A stretch of 64,000 nt of DNA from an uncultured Verrucomicrobiae bacterium (GTDB taxonomy: Bacteria; Verrucomicrobiota; Verrucomicrobiia; Palsa-1439). Shown piece by piece: positions 31,788 to 44,396 of this stretch. The position numbers were made by a program, and so were the translations under genes. The notes beneath the pieces were generated by a model, which was not told where the DNA came from, did not search any database, and saw nothing but the letters and a program-made list of their open reading frames with translations. Within the stretch, counting starts at the first letter, position 1; each line of letters starts with the position of its first letter. The stretch covers positions 192,001 to 256,000 of the forward strand of contig CAWEWF010000004.1 in assembly GCA_963812605.1 (NCBI GenBank). Direction: 5' to 3'.

Positions 31788-31809
31788 GATCAAATGTAAC
31801 CGGGCTCCC

Positions 31810-32853
31810 TCACTTCGACAAATCGACCACGTCGCGCACGAGCGCCTCGACATCTTCGGCCGTCGAGTCCCACGAACACATCAAGCGCGCGCCGCCCGGG
31901 CCAACGTCCGTGTAGAAATGCCAACCGCGCTCGTGCAGGCCATCCAACACACGCCTCGGCATGTCCACGAACACCGCGTTCGCCTGGCGCGGGTAAAGGA
32001 CGCGCACACCCGGCAGGCCGCGCAATTGGGTTTCCAAAAGCGCGGCGGTCCCGTTCGCGTTTTGCGCGTTCCGCAACCAAGCGCCGTCCTGCAGCAACCC
32101 GATCCATTGGGCCGCAAGGAAACGCATCTTGGAGGAAAGTTGGCCTGCCTGCTTGCAACGGTAGAGAAAGTTTTGTGGAAGGTTCTCATTGAAGAACACG
32201 ACGGCATCGGCCACCGCCGCGCCGTTTTTGGTGCCGCCGAGACTGAGGACGTCCACCCCAAGTTCCCACGAAATCTCGCGCGGTTTCACACCCAACGTCG
32301 CCACGGCGTTCGCGAACCGCGCGCCGTCCATATGCACGTAAAGACCCAGGTCGCGCGCCGTCTTCGAAATCCCGGCCAACTCATCGGGCGTGTACACCGT
32401 GCCGAGTTCCGTCGCCTGCGTCAGGCTCACCATGCGCGACATCGACGCGTGCACATCGCGCCGTGATCGTGCCGCGCGCTCGATGGTGTCGGGCGAAAGC
32501 TTGCCGTTTTCGCCGCTCACCGGCTGCAGCTTCACGCCGGGCGCAAAGAACCCCGGCGCATTGCATTCGTCGGTCGCCATGTGCGAGTAATCAAAGGCGA
32601 TGACGCTGTGATAGGAATCGCACAGGCTCGCGACCGCCAGCGAATTGGCCGCGGTGCCGTTGAAGACAAAGAACACTTCGCAGTCGGTCTCGAAAAGGTC
32701 GCGAACAAGATGCTTCGCCTTCTCGGTCCAAGGATCGTCGCCGTAACCGGTCACGTGTCCCGTGTTGGCCTCCGCCAACGCCGCCCACACCTCGGGACAG
32801 ATCCCCGAATTATTGTCACTGGCAAAATGCCGCGCGCGTTTCGCTTCGTCCAT
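31810..32853 (-). CDS. ltaE: Low-specificity L-threonine aldolase (PLP-dependent)
   Basis: FASDNNSG, YGDD, VFNGTAAN, QATELGT, HMDGARFANA, GGTKNG, SKMRF. Confidence 0.92.
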   Translation of the reverse strand: MDEAKRARHFASDNNSGICPEVWAALAEANTGHVTGYGDDPWTEKAKHLVRDLFETDCEVFFVFNGTAANSLAVASLCDSYHSVIAFDYSHMATDECNAPGFFAPGVKLQPVSGENGKLSPDTIERAARSRRDVHASMSRMVSLTQATELGTVYTPDELAGISKTARDLGLYVHMDGARFANAVATLGVKPREISWELGVDVLSLGGTKNGAAVADAVVFFNENLPQNFLYRCKQAGQLSSKMRFLAAQWIGLLQDGAWLRNAQNANGTAALLETQLRGLPGVRVLYPRQANAVFVDMPRRVLDGLHERGWHFYTDVGPGGARLMCSWDSTAEDVEALVRDVVDLSK

Positions 32854-32972
32854 GAGCACCTCCCGGTTCAGTCACCCTACTCTGCCCGAAATCATCCCGA
32901 CATTCCAGCCAAAGCGTCACGTGTTGCTGGCGGCTTGAATCACACGCCGGTCGCCGTTAGACTCCGCGGCCA

Positions 32973-35900
32973 GTGACCACGAATACTCCCGAACGACCCT
33001 GGCGGCGCGGTTTCTGGAGTCTGATCGTCACGCAGTTTCAGGGCGCGTTCAGCGACAATGCGTTGAAGACGGTGGTCACCTTTTTCGGATTGAGTCTCGC
33101 GCTCCCGGCGTTTTGGCACAAATCGCTGCTGCCCATCGCGACCGGTGTATTTTCCCTCCCTTTTATCCTGTTTTCGATGACGGGCGGCTTCCTCGCCGAC
33201 CGTTACAGCAAACGCACGGTCACCATCGGCGTGAAAGTTTTCGAAATCGCGATCATGTCCTTTGTGACCGCCGCCTTTCTCTTGGGAAATCTCTGGATGG
33301 GAATGACCGCGATTTTCCTCATGGGCACGCATAGCGCCATCTTCGGGCCTTCGAAGTACGGCTCGCTGCCGGAACTTTTGCCCGAGAAAAAACTGTCCTG
33401 GGGCAATGGCATCCTGGAATTGGGCACGTTCCTCGCCATCATCCTCGGGGCGGCGGCAGGCGGTTTTCTTTTCGGCGCGTTCAAATGGCAATTGGCCCGA
33501 ATCGGACTCGTCCTGGTCGCCCTGGCGATTCTCGGGCTGGCCACGAGTTTGGGCATCACGCGCGTGCCCGCGGCGGCCCCCACACAAAAATTCAACCGAA
33601 ACTTTCTCGGCGATTTATTCTCGCAGATTCGATTGATGCGACAGGATCGGGTGCTCTGGCTGGCCTGTCTGGGTAACATTTATTTCTCGTTCGTTGGCCA
33701 GCTCGTTTTCCAGGGTGTGTTCGATCTTGGCGACCGGCTGCGCATCGGCGAGCAGAACACCAGTTTGCTCGTCGTCTCCCTCGCCCTGGGTATCGGCCTG
33801 GGCAGCTACGCGGCCGGCTGGCTTTCCGGCGGCAAAATTGAGTATGGCCTGGTGCCGCTCGGCGCGCTCGGCTTGACGGTCTTCAGCTTCGTGCTCGGGC
33901 GACCCAACCAAACGTTTCACTCCCTCTGGCCGCTGCTCGGCGCGCTCGGATTCTTCGGCGGCTTTTTCATCGTGCCGATCTCCGCGCTGCTCCAGCACCG
34001 CCCCAGCAAGGAACAACGGGGCGCGGTCCTTGCGGCCTGCAATCTCCTCTCGTTCGTCGGCATTTTCGCGGCGGCGGGCGTGTACTGGGTGCTGACCTCG
34101 CCGCTCAACCTCACACCGCGCCACATGTTCATCGTGACGGCGATCATGACAGTGGTCGCGACGGTGTACGTGGTTTGGCTGTTGCCGGATTCGCTGCTCC
34201 GCCTGTTCGTGTGGGCCTTCACCCATTCCGTTTATCGGCTGCGCGTCGAGGGACGTGACAACATTCCCGAAAGAGGCGGAGCGTTGTTCGTCTGCAATCA
34301 CGTTTCGTTCGTCGATGCGCTGCTATTGATCGGTTCCACCGACCGGATGATCCGCGCGCTTATCTTTAAGGACATTTACGACCATCCGCTCGTCAAGCCG
34401 TTCGCGAAGGCGATGAAAGCGATTCCCATTTCGTCGCAACTGCGTCCGCGCGAAATGATCAAATCCTTGCGCGAAGCGAGCGAGGCGATCAAAAACGGCG
34501 ATGTCGTCTGCATTTTCGCCGAGGGGCAGATCACGCGCATCGGCCAAATGCTCCCCTTCCGCCGCGGCTTCGAGCGTATCATGAAGGACGTGGACGCGCC
34601 GATCATCCCGATCTGCCTCGACCACGTCTGGGGCAGCATTTTCAGCTATGACAAGAAGCGGTTCATCTGGAAAATGCCCCGATACATCCCCTATCCCGTC
34701 ACCGTCAGCTTCGGCAAACCGATGCCGCCCACGTCGACGCCGTTCGAGGTGCGCCAACGCGTGCAGGAACTCAACACCGAAGCCTGGCAACACCGTAAAA
34801 AGTTGATGATGACCGTTCCGCGCGCTTTCGTCCGCAAAGCGCGGCATCATCCCCGCCGCTTCTTCATGGCCGACGCGCGCGTTCCGAAACTGCGCTTTCG
34901 GCGCGGCGCTGACGCGCACGATCTTGCTCGCCCGACGGCTTCGCCCCGTGTGGGCAGGGCAGGAAATGGTCGGCATTCTCATGCCGCCGTCCGTGGCGGG
35001 CGCGCTGGTGAATTACGCGGCGTTGCTCATGGGCAAAGTGCCGGTGAATCTCAATTACACGGCCAATGATGAAGTGCTCGCGTCTTGCGCCCGCCAGTGC
35101 GGACTGCAAACGGTCGTCACCTCCAGGGCGTTTCTCGACAAACTCAAAATCACCGTCCCCGGCCAGACCGTTTTGCTGGAAGAACTCGCCGACAAACCGC
35201 GACTCGGTGAGAAGATTGTGGCGGCATTGATGACCTGGCTGTTACCCTTCCGCTGGCTGGAGCGCGCGCTCGGTCGCAAAAAGAAGGGGACTCTCGACGA
35301 CCTGGTCACAATCATTTTCTCCAGCGGCAGCACGGGCGATCCCAAGGGCGTGATGCTCTCCCACTACAACATCATCTCGAACGCCGAGCAGATGGGGCAG
35401 ACATTCGCGTTTGGCGGACAGGACCGCGTCCTCGGCGTCCTGCCGTTTTTCCATTCGTTTGGATTCACCGGAACGCTGATCGTGCCCGCCGTGCTCGGGG
35501 TCGGCGTGGTTTATCATGTCAGCCCGCTCGACGCCAAAGTGATCGGCGCGCTCGTGCGCCAATATCGCGTGACCTTCCTCCTCGCCACGCCGACATTTCT
35601 CCAGATGTACAACCGCGGTTGCGAACCCGAGGATTTCGGCAGCCTGCAATTCGTGATGACGGGCGCGGAGAAACTGCCCGACCGCGTGGCGCAGGCGTTT
35701 GAGGACAAATTCGGCATCCGCCCGCTCGAAGCCTACGGCCTCACCGAATGTTCGCCGGCGGTGACGGTGAACACGCGCGACTTTCGCGCCGCGGGCTTCC
35801 GCCAGGTCGGCGCCAAGCGCGGCAAGATCGGCCATCCACTGCCCGCCATCAGCGTGCGCGTCGTCGATCCCGACACCTTTCAACCGCTGCCCGTCGGCCA

Positions 35901-36381
35901 GCCCGGCCTGCTGCTGATCCGCGGACCGAACGTGATGAAAGGCTATCTCGGCAAGCCCGAGAAGACGGCGGAAGTTTTGCGCGATGGCTGGTATGTCACA
36001 GGCGACATCGCCGCGCTCGATGAGGACGGCTTCCTGACCATCACCGATCGCCTCACCCGCTTCAGCAAAATCGGCGGCGAAATGGTCCCGCACATCAAGA
36101 TCGAGGAGAAACTCCACGAACTCGCGGGCGTCACCGAGCAAACTTTTGCGGTCACCGGCGTGCCCGACGAAAAGAAAGGTGAACGCCTCGTCGTGCTGCA
36201 CACTCTCAACAACGTCCAACTCCAACCCGTCCTCGAAAAACTCAGCGCCTCCGATCTCCCCAACCTCTGGAAACCGCGCCCCGACCAGTTCTTTCACATC
36301 GACGCTCTTCCCTATCTCGGCACCGGCAAACTCGACTTGCGCAAAGTGCGGGAAACCGCCTTAAAGTTTTCGAGTGTGTAG
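32973..36381 (+). CDS. aas: Aas-type fusion: MFS (LplT) + acyltransferase + acyl-ACP synthetase, frameshift near 34897
   Basis: TQFQGAFSDN and FGPSKYG (MFS); NHVSFVD and FAEG (PlsC); FSSGSTGDPKG, YGLTE, TGD, RFSKIGGE (AMP-binding). Confidence 0.92.
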
Positions 36382-36384
36382 CTG

Positions 36385-38357
36385 TCAGTTCCCCGTCGGG
36401 CTTTTCGGCAAAAGACGCGCGATCACTATGAGCAACACCAGCACCACCATGCTGAGCGCCGCCCAGAAAATGACGTTCTTGGTGCCGGAAACCTGGAAAA
36501 ACTCGCCCACTCCCGATTTTTTCAAGGGCTCCTCGGCCGCTAACGAAGCGACCGACTTCTCTTCCGCCAACAATCGCGGCGCGATCAAGTCGAGATCGTA
36601 CTGCGGGGCACCAACGTCGCGGTTACCGTAATAAAGGTAGGTTCCGGCTCCAGCGGCGACTTGAAGAGCACGCGAGTCACTGGATGAAAAAACTGAATGC
36701 CGGTGAGTTCAATCGGCGGATTGTCGCCGTTGTCCGCTTCCAAAATCAGAGTATCCGTCAAGGGGCGGGTGTTTACGACCAGTTCCAGTGGCGTTTTCGT
36801 CGCCGGCAGCGTGTGCACCCACATGGCCTGGCCGAGTTGACGGTCGTATTTCTCGCCGCGATCGTCCGCCGGTTGCTCGTAGAGCGTGACCTGGCGGCGG
36901 AACAGTGCGCTCGTTGATTCGGCGGTCAATCGCACGATCGGCAGGTTCGTGAACGGCAGTTTGACGCGCCAGCGACTGACCGTGGGGCGTTTCGGATCAT
37001 TCGCCGACGATACTTCCGGGACGAGCTTCCGCGAAATCGAAGTGCGCTCCAGAATATACGGACGTTGTTTGCCATCGCGCAGCAACCGCAGGTCCTGAAA
37101 GGTTGCATCGGCGCGTGCCAACACATCCAGGTCCAGATCAAGCTGCTGGACGCCCGCATGCGTTAACTTGACGGCCTTGCGATACCCCCACTCCCCCGTG
37201 TCGAGCGCGGTCCCCAAATCCTGGATCTCCGGCAGGGATTCGGTGGGATGGTAGGATGGGTTGGTCGCCAGCATGCTGAGCGACAACAATGTGATCGGGA
37301 CACTGGGCGCTGAGGCAAGCGTCCCGCCAAGTCCCGTCAGATCATAGCGCGGGGCGGGGCAACGCGGATTGCCGGTGATCACCTGGTACGAACCGGCCTG
37401 TTGCGCCAAAAACACCGCGAACACCGGTCGCCGGGTCACCCGCACGGCGGAAATCTGCAATGGCTGGCTGTCGGCATTGTCGATCAGGACCAACAGTTCG
37501 CGCCCTTCCACCGCCAGATCGAGCGGCAGATCCAGCCGCTCCGCGCGTTTGAAGCCTTCAATATCCACCCGGTAAATTGTGTCACGGGCCAGCGTGCGCT
37601 CCGTGATGGCATTCTCCGCCACCTGCCGCACCGCCAGCGTGACAGGACGCGTGAACAACGGCTCGGTCGTCGCCAAGCGCAGCGACGCCAACGTGAGATG
37701 TGCCGCGCCAAGATCGAGCGTCAACCGTGTCTGACCTTCACTTTCGGTGCGGTCCGTGATGGTAACGGGCAGGGATTCACTGGGTGCGGCGCCCTCGGTC
37801 ACGGCGTGCAATTTCGCCCCGGTGAACGGGATCGACTCTGCGCGCCGATCATCCACCGTCATGCGCAGAAACGGCCACGAACTTTCCGGAAACTCCACCC
37901 GCAACTGGTTCGCGCCATTCGGCTGCCGAAAAATCGGCTGGCCACCGGCCAGCGGTCGCCATGTGTGCTGGTCGTTAGAGCCTGCGACTGCCACCGCCTT
38001 GATGAACCCGACGGCCGGAGTTTCGAGCACCAGGGAATCGAGTATCAGCGACGAACCGGTTTCCAGCGTGATGACCGTGGCTTGCCCGCCAAGATTGACA
38101 TTGAATTTTTTGGGGCTGAATACCGCCGTCGTGCTGCGGACCGGGCGTTCAATGAGGTACGGCACCTCCCGGCCCGCGCTGTCGAAAATGCGCAGGTCCT
38201 CCAGCCCGGGCCGCGCCGCGTCAATAGTTTCGACCGGGAGATTTAATTTGATCAGTCCCGTCCGGGTTACATCAAATTGTTGCGCGTTCTTCCAATCGGC
38301 CGGCAACTCGGCAAAAACCGCGAGCGTGGTCAGGAAATAAATCAGGAGCGTCCTCAT
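36385..38357 (-). CDS. DUF3999-like exported protein with C-terminal TM, frameshift near 36640
   Basis: Duplicated DLR.....G...PY and IDN.D..P....G....PRYDL modules; downstream of a DUF2339 gene. Confidence 0.75.
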
Positions 38358-41300
38358 TTGGCCTTCACTTCCGCGGCCACGAACCGCTGGTACAGGAACG
38401 ACGACACCAACAGGACCACCGCCACGCCGACGAACGCGCCGATGCGCTGCAACTGCCCCAACTGGCCCAGGTCGTGAAAGAAAAGTTTCAGCAAGGTGAC
38501 GCCGATCAACGCCAGGCTGGCGTATCGTACCGCCGGCAGTTTTTTTGCGATGCCGAACACCAACAGCACCAACCCGAACAACGCCCAGGCAATCGAGTAG
38601 GTCATGTCGCGGGTGAAGTTGCCGGAGAATTCAAAGGTCAACACGTGGGAACCAGGAGCTGTGAAATAATCGGCGATCTCGATGTTCAACAGCAGGAACG
38701 CTAAGATGGTTCCTAATGTTGCCAGCACCACTTGTGCATTGCGTCCCAGCACTTCCTGTCGTGGCGGCGCGAGCAGTCGCGAGCCCACGAAGAGGCAAAG
38801 GGCGGTGAGGCCATAGGCATAGAGAAACCAGTTCAGGATCGGCGTCGCCGAGCGCGCATGATACTCCAGCACCGCGGGGTTCAACGCCAGCCGCGCAAAC
38901 GCCGCGCACAACAATCCCACGCCCACCAGCCGCAGCCCCGGATGTGGCACCCGATGGAACAGCCAAAGCAACGCCGTCCCTTCCAGGGCCCAGCCGATGG
39001 TGATCCACTGGCGCTCGAATTGGATGGGGAAAATCAGCGTGATGAAAAACAATGTGGCGCCGCCGAACCACGCCAGCAGCGCCAGTCGTTGCTGGCCCTG
39101 GGTGCGCAGGAGCACCAGCAGCCCGATCAGCGGCGGTAACGCGAACGCTGCCGGCAACAGTCCCATCATCGGGTTCGGCCAGGCCGCGTTCACCAGCCGA
39201 TACACCAACGTAAAATGCGCCGGCCCCGCCAGCGCCGAGACGGCCCATGGCACGACCCGGTTTTCCAATTCCTTGCGAAAGAGAAACGGGAAGATCGTGA
39301 ACACCGCCGTGAACGCCAAATACCAAATCAGCGGCAGCATGGCGGCTTCCGCCTTGAATCGCTGTTCATGCCATGCGTATTCCAGCGCCACGCTGCACAC
39401 GAGGCCGATCGCCGTCAGCCACTCCGCTCCTGTCCACCGCGCCACGCCCAGCAACAACACGACCAATAACATCGCCAATCCAAACACGGGTGACGGATTC
39501 GTCAACGGCATCCGCAACACCACCATGATCAGCAGCAAAAATGGCAGGATGGCGGAGAGCGCCGGGATCTGTGCCTGCACGTTGTCAGACAGGAACGGTA
39601 GCGGAGGTAGCAAGGGCAGGTCCACCCCGCTTCCCGCCGGTTTGAGCGCCATCCGTCGCGCCGCAAAAACCCCAACGGCAAAGAACACCAGCGCAAATCC
39701 GCCGATCACGACCAGCACATCCGGCACGCCGCTCGCCACGGCCGGTGCCTTGAACAGCCAGACCATGGTTGCGCCGAGCGTCAACACCAATGCGCCGATG
39801 ATCGCCAGCACGGACGCCGTCACGAGCGCCAGCGCGAACACGATGACATCCAGCGCGAGAACGCACAGCCAGACCAGCCAACCCAGTTCCGGGCAATTTC
39901 ATCACCGGAATCATAACGAGCGCCAGCGCCAGCAATGGAAACAGATGACCCCACCAGACCGGCATGGCCCCGGGCCGCAAGCGTTGCAGGACGATGGGAA
40001 AGGCTGTGTGCAGGATGGCAAACAACAGGTAGAACCCCAGCGCCCAGTTCAGCAGCGGACCCGACACGTAACTGACCGTCCAGATCGACAGCAACAGGAA
40101 CGCCGCGCCCCCAGCCGCCAGATGCGCGGGCGCCAGGGCATTCCGCAAAACGGCCATCGTCAGCAACCCAAGATCCGCCACGAGCACGAAAGTGAAGACG
40201 ATCCACGGTTTGGCCCCGAGTTCACCAAACGACAGCAGATACAGCGTGAATACCAGCGGGGCGAATGCCATGCCGATGGTCGAGGCGCTGACCCATGGGT
40301 CGTCGCGATCGGTCACCACAAATGCCAGCGAAAAGAGCGCTTCGAACCCAAGGAAGACGCCCATGGCGATGAACACTTTCGTCACCGCGAAGAACTTGAC
40401 GGTCCAGGCGATCTGCATCAACACCGTGCCCGTCGCGGCGAGCAGGACAAGGTAGTTCCAGTGTTTGCGAGCGACCACCGCGATGAGGCCGGCATCGAGC
40501 AGCGCGAGGTAGCTGAAAAGGCCGAGCGGGTTGTCCTTGCCGGTCGAAAGCAGTACCGGCGTCAGGAAACCGCCGAGCAATCCGAGAATTGCCACCACCT
40601 GCGCATCCAGCCGCACTGCCAGCAGGAAAGCCACTGCCGTCACCAGCACCATCAGGGCGAACGCCGGGATCACACCGATGAAATGGTAGAAAGCGTGCGA
40701 GGCAAAGATGTTTGCGTACAGGGCCAGCACACCCGTCGCGCACAAGGTCTGGCCAAGCACGGAATAGTCACGACCCGCGAGCACCAGACCGCCGATCAAA
40801 AGACACACGCCGATGACATACCCGATCGCCACGCGAATTTCCGGGCTGACCAAATTGTTGTCGAAGGAGTATTTCACAAAAAAGGCGAGACCAAGGAACA
40901 ACGCCAACCCGCCGATCCAGGCAAACAACTTCACTCCCATAAACTGTTCCCAGTCAATAGATGGCAGGCTCTCCTGCGGCAGACGCGGCGCGGGCTGCGC
41001 ACTGACCGGAGGTAAATCCTCCCGAGGCGATGCCGGAGCCGGCGATGGCGCAATGGGTGGGGGCGCGACAATTGGCCTCTCTGTTTCCAATACACGTGGA
41101 GGCGCGGGTTGTGGCGGAAGTTTCCCCAGCGGAGGCGGCAACGTCGCGGCCCGGACCGGCGGTGCAACGGGAGGAGGCTGGCTGGTGCTGACCGTGTCGC
41201 GGCCCTGGAGTTCATTCCGCAGTTGGCGCACTTCAATCTTGAGGGAATCAAGCCGCGCCTCAAGCTCGCGGACACCGCGGTCCGCCCGCGAGGCTTTGGT

Positions 41301-41372
41301 CCCGATCCAAACAAACAATGTGATGGGTACTCCGAAGACGAGCAGCAATAGCAACAGTACTATGCCTGGCAT
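38354..41372 (-). CDS. DUF2339 family polytopic membrane protein, frameshift near 39891
   Basis: WEQFMGVKLFAWIGG, FFVKYSF, GGFLTPVLLSTG, SIAWALF...KLFFHDL. Confidence 0.88.
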
Positions 41373-41405
41373 GCTGACCTCCCCTTGCTGACAACTGGAT
41401 GAAAA

Positions 41406-41482
41406 TGGAGCGAGCGAAGGGATTTGAACCCTCGACATTCACGTTGGCAACGTGACGCTCTACCAGACTGAGCTACGCTCGC
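41406..41482 (-). tRNA. tRNA-Gly(GCC)
   Basis: GCGAGCGTAGCTCAGTCTGGTAGAGCGTCACGTTGCCAACGTGAATGTCGAGGGTTCAAATCCCTTCGCTCGCTCCA: full cloverleaf with CCA encoded. Confidence 0.97.
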
Positions 41483-41572
41483 TTCCGTTGGAGACGAAAA
41501 AGAAAATAGCAAATCTTCCACCGACTGCAAGACCCAAAATCATGGGCGGTGTCCCAATTTGCATCCGCCAAC

Positions 41573-41636
41573 TGTAGCCGAAGCGTAAGCTTCGGGAATC
41601 CGCATTGCTACCACCGAAGCTTACGCTTCGGCTACA
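41573..41636. repeat. Perfect inverted REP doublet (REPIN-like)
   Basis: TGTAGCCGAAGCGTAAGCTTCGG, 18-nt spacer, CCGAAGCTTACGCTTCGGCTACA. Confidence 0.9.
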
Positions 41637-41728
41637 AAACACGAACGATGAGCAATGCGGCAAATTAAGACACTACCAAATTACGCGGATAATTGCGTTT
41701 CTTAAGACGGCATGCGAGGATTCGACGG

Positions 41729-43090
41729 ATGTCCTTGCGAAAACAACTGGCTGGCCTCGCCCTCGCGGCACTCGCTACCGGGGCGGTGACTGTCGCGCGT
41801 GCACAAAACATTTCTTCCTCTCCCGAATTGGACCAACTGCTCGATGACGCCGGCCGTGTTTGGACTTTCACGGCGAGCGACTTCGCCGGTTCGCAATCAG
41901 CAAATGGTTTCCGCTGGACCAGCGTCGCGACGAAGGATGTTGCGCGCTCCACAGATCCCCAACTCACTTTTGCCGGATTGCGCGTCTGGGAAGCGCTCGC
42001 CCGCTTCGAGAGCGGGACGTTGAAGGAGCTGTCGCTTTCCCTCTACAACCGTGGCGACGCGGGCACAATGCCCGAGGATAAATTCCTGCAGCTCCTGGCG
42101 TCGATCGACAAGTCCGTCACCGCGTGGTCGGGAATGCGAGGCAGTGGATTCAAGAGCGAGGAGCGTACGACATCGATCACCGTCATGCGCAAAGCCTGGG
42201 TCAAAGGGCCGCACCGTGTGGACATGGTCTGGAGTTTCACTGAAAAAAGCCTCGAACAAGGGGTGGCCGCCAATCGTCCCGAGTATGCGCGGCTGGAGAT
42301 CACGCAGTTTGATCCCGCCAACGACCCGCGCCACCTGATCGCCACGTCACTCGACAGCCGGATGCGCATCCTGACCGCCCCTGATTTGCGGGCGCGCGTC
42401 TTCCACGCACCCGGCGGCGATGTGCTCATCCGCGGCGTGCCAATGGTCGACCAGGGGCCGAAGGGCTATTGCGCCGCGGCGGTTGCTGAAAGACTGTTGC
42501 GCTATTACGGCAAGGAAGTGGACCAGCACGAAATCGCGCAGATGGCGAATACGACCGCAGGCGGCGGCACCTCGCCGCAAGCTATGATCAAGGCATTACG
42601 CCGCATCAGCGACGAACTGAAGCTCGACGTGACCGTGCACCAGGATTTTGATGTCTACCAATTTGAGAAACTAATCAAGGACTACAATCGCTCCGCCAAA
42701 ACCTCCCACGCCTCACCGATCCAACTCAGTCTTGCGGGACCAATTGAGTTGCCACAAATCTACGGTGAAATGGACACCGATATCCTCCGCGAGGCGCGAC
42801 GACAGCAGGATGCGGACATGACCGCGTTCAAGACCACGGTGGTCAAGTACGTCGACAACGGCGTGCCCCTGGCCTGGAGCGTGATGTGCGGCAAGGTTCC
42901 CGAGACGCCGCCCGTGCACGGCATCGGCGGCCACATGCGCATCATCATCGGTTATAACAGCCGCACCGGGGAAATCCTGTACTCAGATAGTTGGGGTCCC
43001 GGGCATGAACTGAAGCGCCTGCCGCTGGCGGACGCGTGGACGATGACGCTCGGCCTCTACACGGTCCAACCGCGCGACATCCACTTCTGA
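41729..43090 (+). CDS. Secreted protein with C-terminal C39-like (papain-fold) peptidase domain
   Basis: Signal peptide; VPMVDQGPKGYC, GHMRIIIGYN, YSDSWG (Q/C/H/D). Confidence 0.82.
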   Translation: MSLRKQLAGLALAALATGAVTVARAQNISSSPELDQLLDDAGRVWTFTASDFAGSQSANGFRWTSVATKDVARSTDPQLTFAGLRVWEALARFESGTLKELSLSLYNRGDAGTMPEDKFLQLLASIDKSVTAWSGMRGSGFKSEERTTSITVMRKAWVKGPHRVDMVWSFTEKSLEQGVAANRPEYARLEITQFDPANDPRHLIATSLDSRMRILTAPDLRARVFHAPGGDVLIRGVPMVDQGPKGYCAAAVAERLLRYYGKEVDQHEIAQMANTTAGGGTSPQAMIKALRRISDELKLDVTVHQDFDVYQFEKLIKDYNRSAKTSHASPIQLSLAGPIELPQIYGEMDTDILREARRQQDADMTAFKTTVVKYVDNGVPLAWSVMCGKVPETPPVHGIGGHMRIIIGYNSRTGEILYSDSWGPGHELKRLPLADAWTMTLGLYTVQPRDIHF

Positions 43091-43100
43091 GAGGAGACCA

Positions 43101-44216
43101 TCAGCGCGCAGCGTCGCCCGCTGCCTTGTTCGTCGCGTCTTTTTCAACCTTTGCGGCGGGCGTTGTCGGACTTTCCTGACCGATTCTTTCCAACCAAATC
43201 TCACTCCAAAACGAGAAGATGCTGCGCGGACAAAAATAGCGATGTTCACTGTATTTTGCCTGGCAGATCGCGCCTTCCAGTATCAGTGGTTCCGACTTGA
43301 GGTGCAGCATCTTGCCGGTCCGTTCATCGATGACCTGCTTGACCCGCGACCGCACGCGAAATTCACGGCCACAGTACGGCACGAGTTCGGCGTCCCAATA
43401 CAGACCCCGATTCAGGCATCGCGAATTCAGGGTGTCCCGAACCGCATCAAAGCTCTTCACCCGAACCATCTCACCGGGCTGGAGGTTCAGGTTGACGGCG
43501 GGTGTTCGTGTGCCTTCGGGGACCCGGCCCGCCGCGCGCGGATGACACGGTCTCCCACGAGCTTTCTGGACCGCGTCGTAAAGGCCGTTGAGTATCCTTT
43601 GCACCCGCCCTCGTCGCAAATTCATCAAGACGTTGAAGGTGGCGTAACACATTACGCCCAACATCGACTTCAGGCCGACGTTGCCGGACGTGTAATCTTC
43701 CCAGTATTGCCGCAAATCCCACCACGGCAGCGGAGGACCGGCTTGTAGCATCTGCGTCGCCTGGCATCTATAGACCGGTTCACCGCCCGTCGTGTCGTCG
43801 GTCTTGCACGTATACGACTCCACGTCCGCCTCCGTGCAACCGGGACTGCTGAGAGTCGAGACGATGGCGTTGCGCCCCGGCGTGCCGCTGACCCGCTTCA
43901 CCCAGGCTTCCTTCCAGAAAATCAAACATTCCGCCTGGCAACCACCATGCGCCTGACCGTTGCATCGGATATTCTCCAGGTGCACGGCATTCGCGATGCG
44001 CTGGCTGCCGGAGTACTTGATGGTGTCGCAGGTTTTATGGGCGCGCTTGTAAACCCGCAGTTGCTGGCCGCAAAACGCGAACATCTCCGGCATGAAAGGC
44101 AGGTTATCGAGGCAGCCGTTCTTGTCGAGCGTGGAAAGGATTTCTTCCCGGCTTCGGACTTCCACCAACTCGCCAGCCTTCAGAGCCAGACTTCGCTCAA
44201 TTGCTTCGCTACTCAT
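43101..44216 (-). CDS. Conserved Cys-rich hypothetical protein with internal duplication
   Basis: Two L..GE.V.V.S...I..TL...G units, each with C/H motifs (KTCDT, CNGQAHGGCQAECLIFWKEAW; CQAKYSEHRYFCPRSIFSFWSEIW). Confidence 0.75.
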   Translation of the reverse strand: MSSEAIERSLALKAGELVEVRSREEILSTLDKNGCLDNLPFMPEMFAFCGQQLRVYKRAHKTCDTIKYSGSQRIANAVHLENIRCNGQAHGGCQAECLIFWKEAWVKRVSGTPGRNAIVSTLSSPGCTEADVESYTCKTDDTTGGEPVYRCQATQMLQAGPPLPWWDLRQYWEDYTSGNVGLKSMLGVMCYATFNVLMNLRRGRVQRILNGLYDAVQKARGRPCHPRAAGRVPEGTRTPAVNLNLQPGEMVRVKSFDAVRDTLNSRCLNRGLYWDAELVPYCGREFRVRSRVKQVIDERTGKMLHLKSEPLILEGAICQAKYSEHRYFCPRSIFSFWSEIWLERIGQESPTTPAAKVEKDATNKAAGDAAR

Positions 44217-44396
44217 CGCTCCTAGTAAGGTTTTTCGTTGACCTTGGGCACACACTATAAGGCCGAGGGTAGGGGTTGTCCATATCGGCAATGGGAAAGC
44301 GAAGCGCATCAACTGATTACCGGAAGCCGGATGAACTGTATGGCGGAATGAACACTTCCGCCGGTGGTGGACAGCTGCGAGATACAAAAAGAAAAA

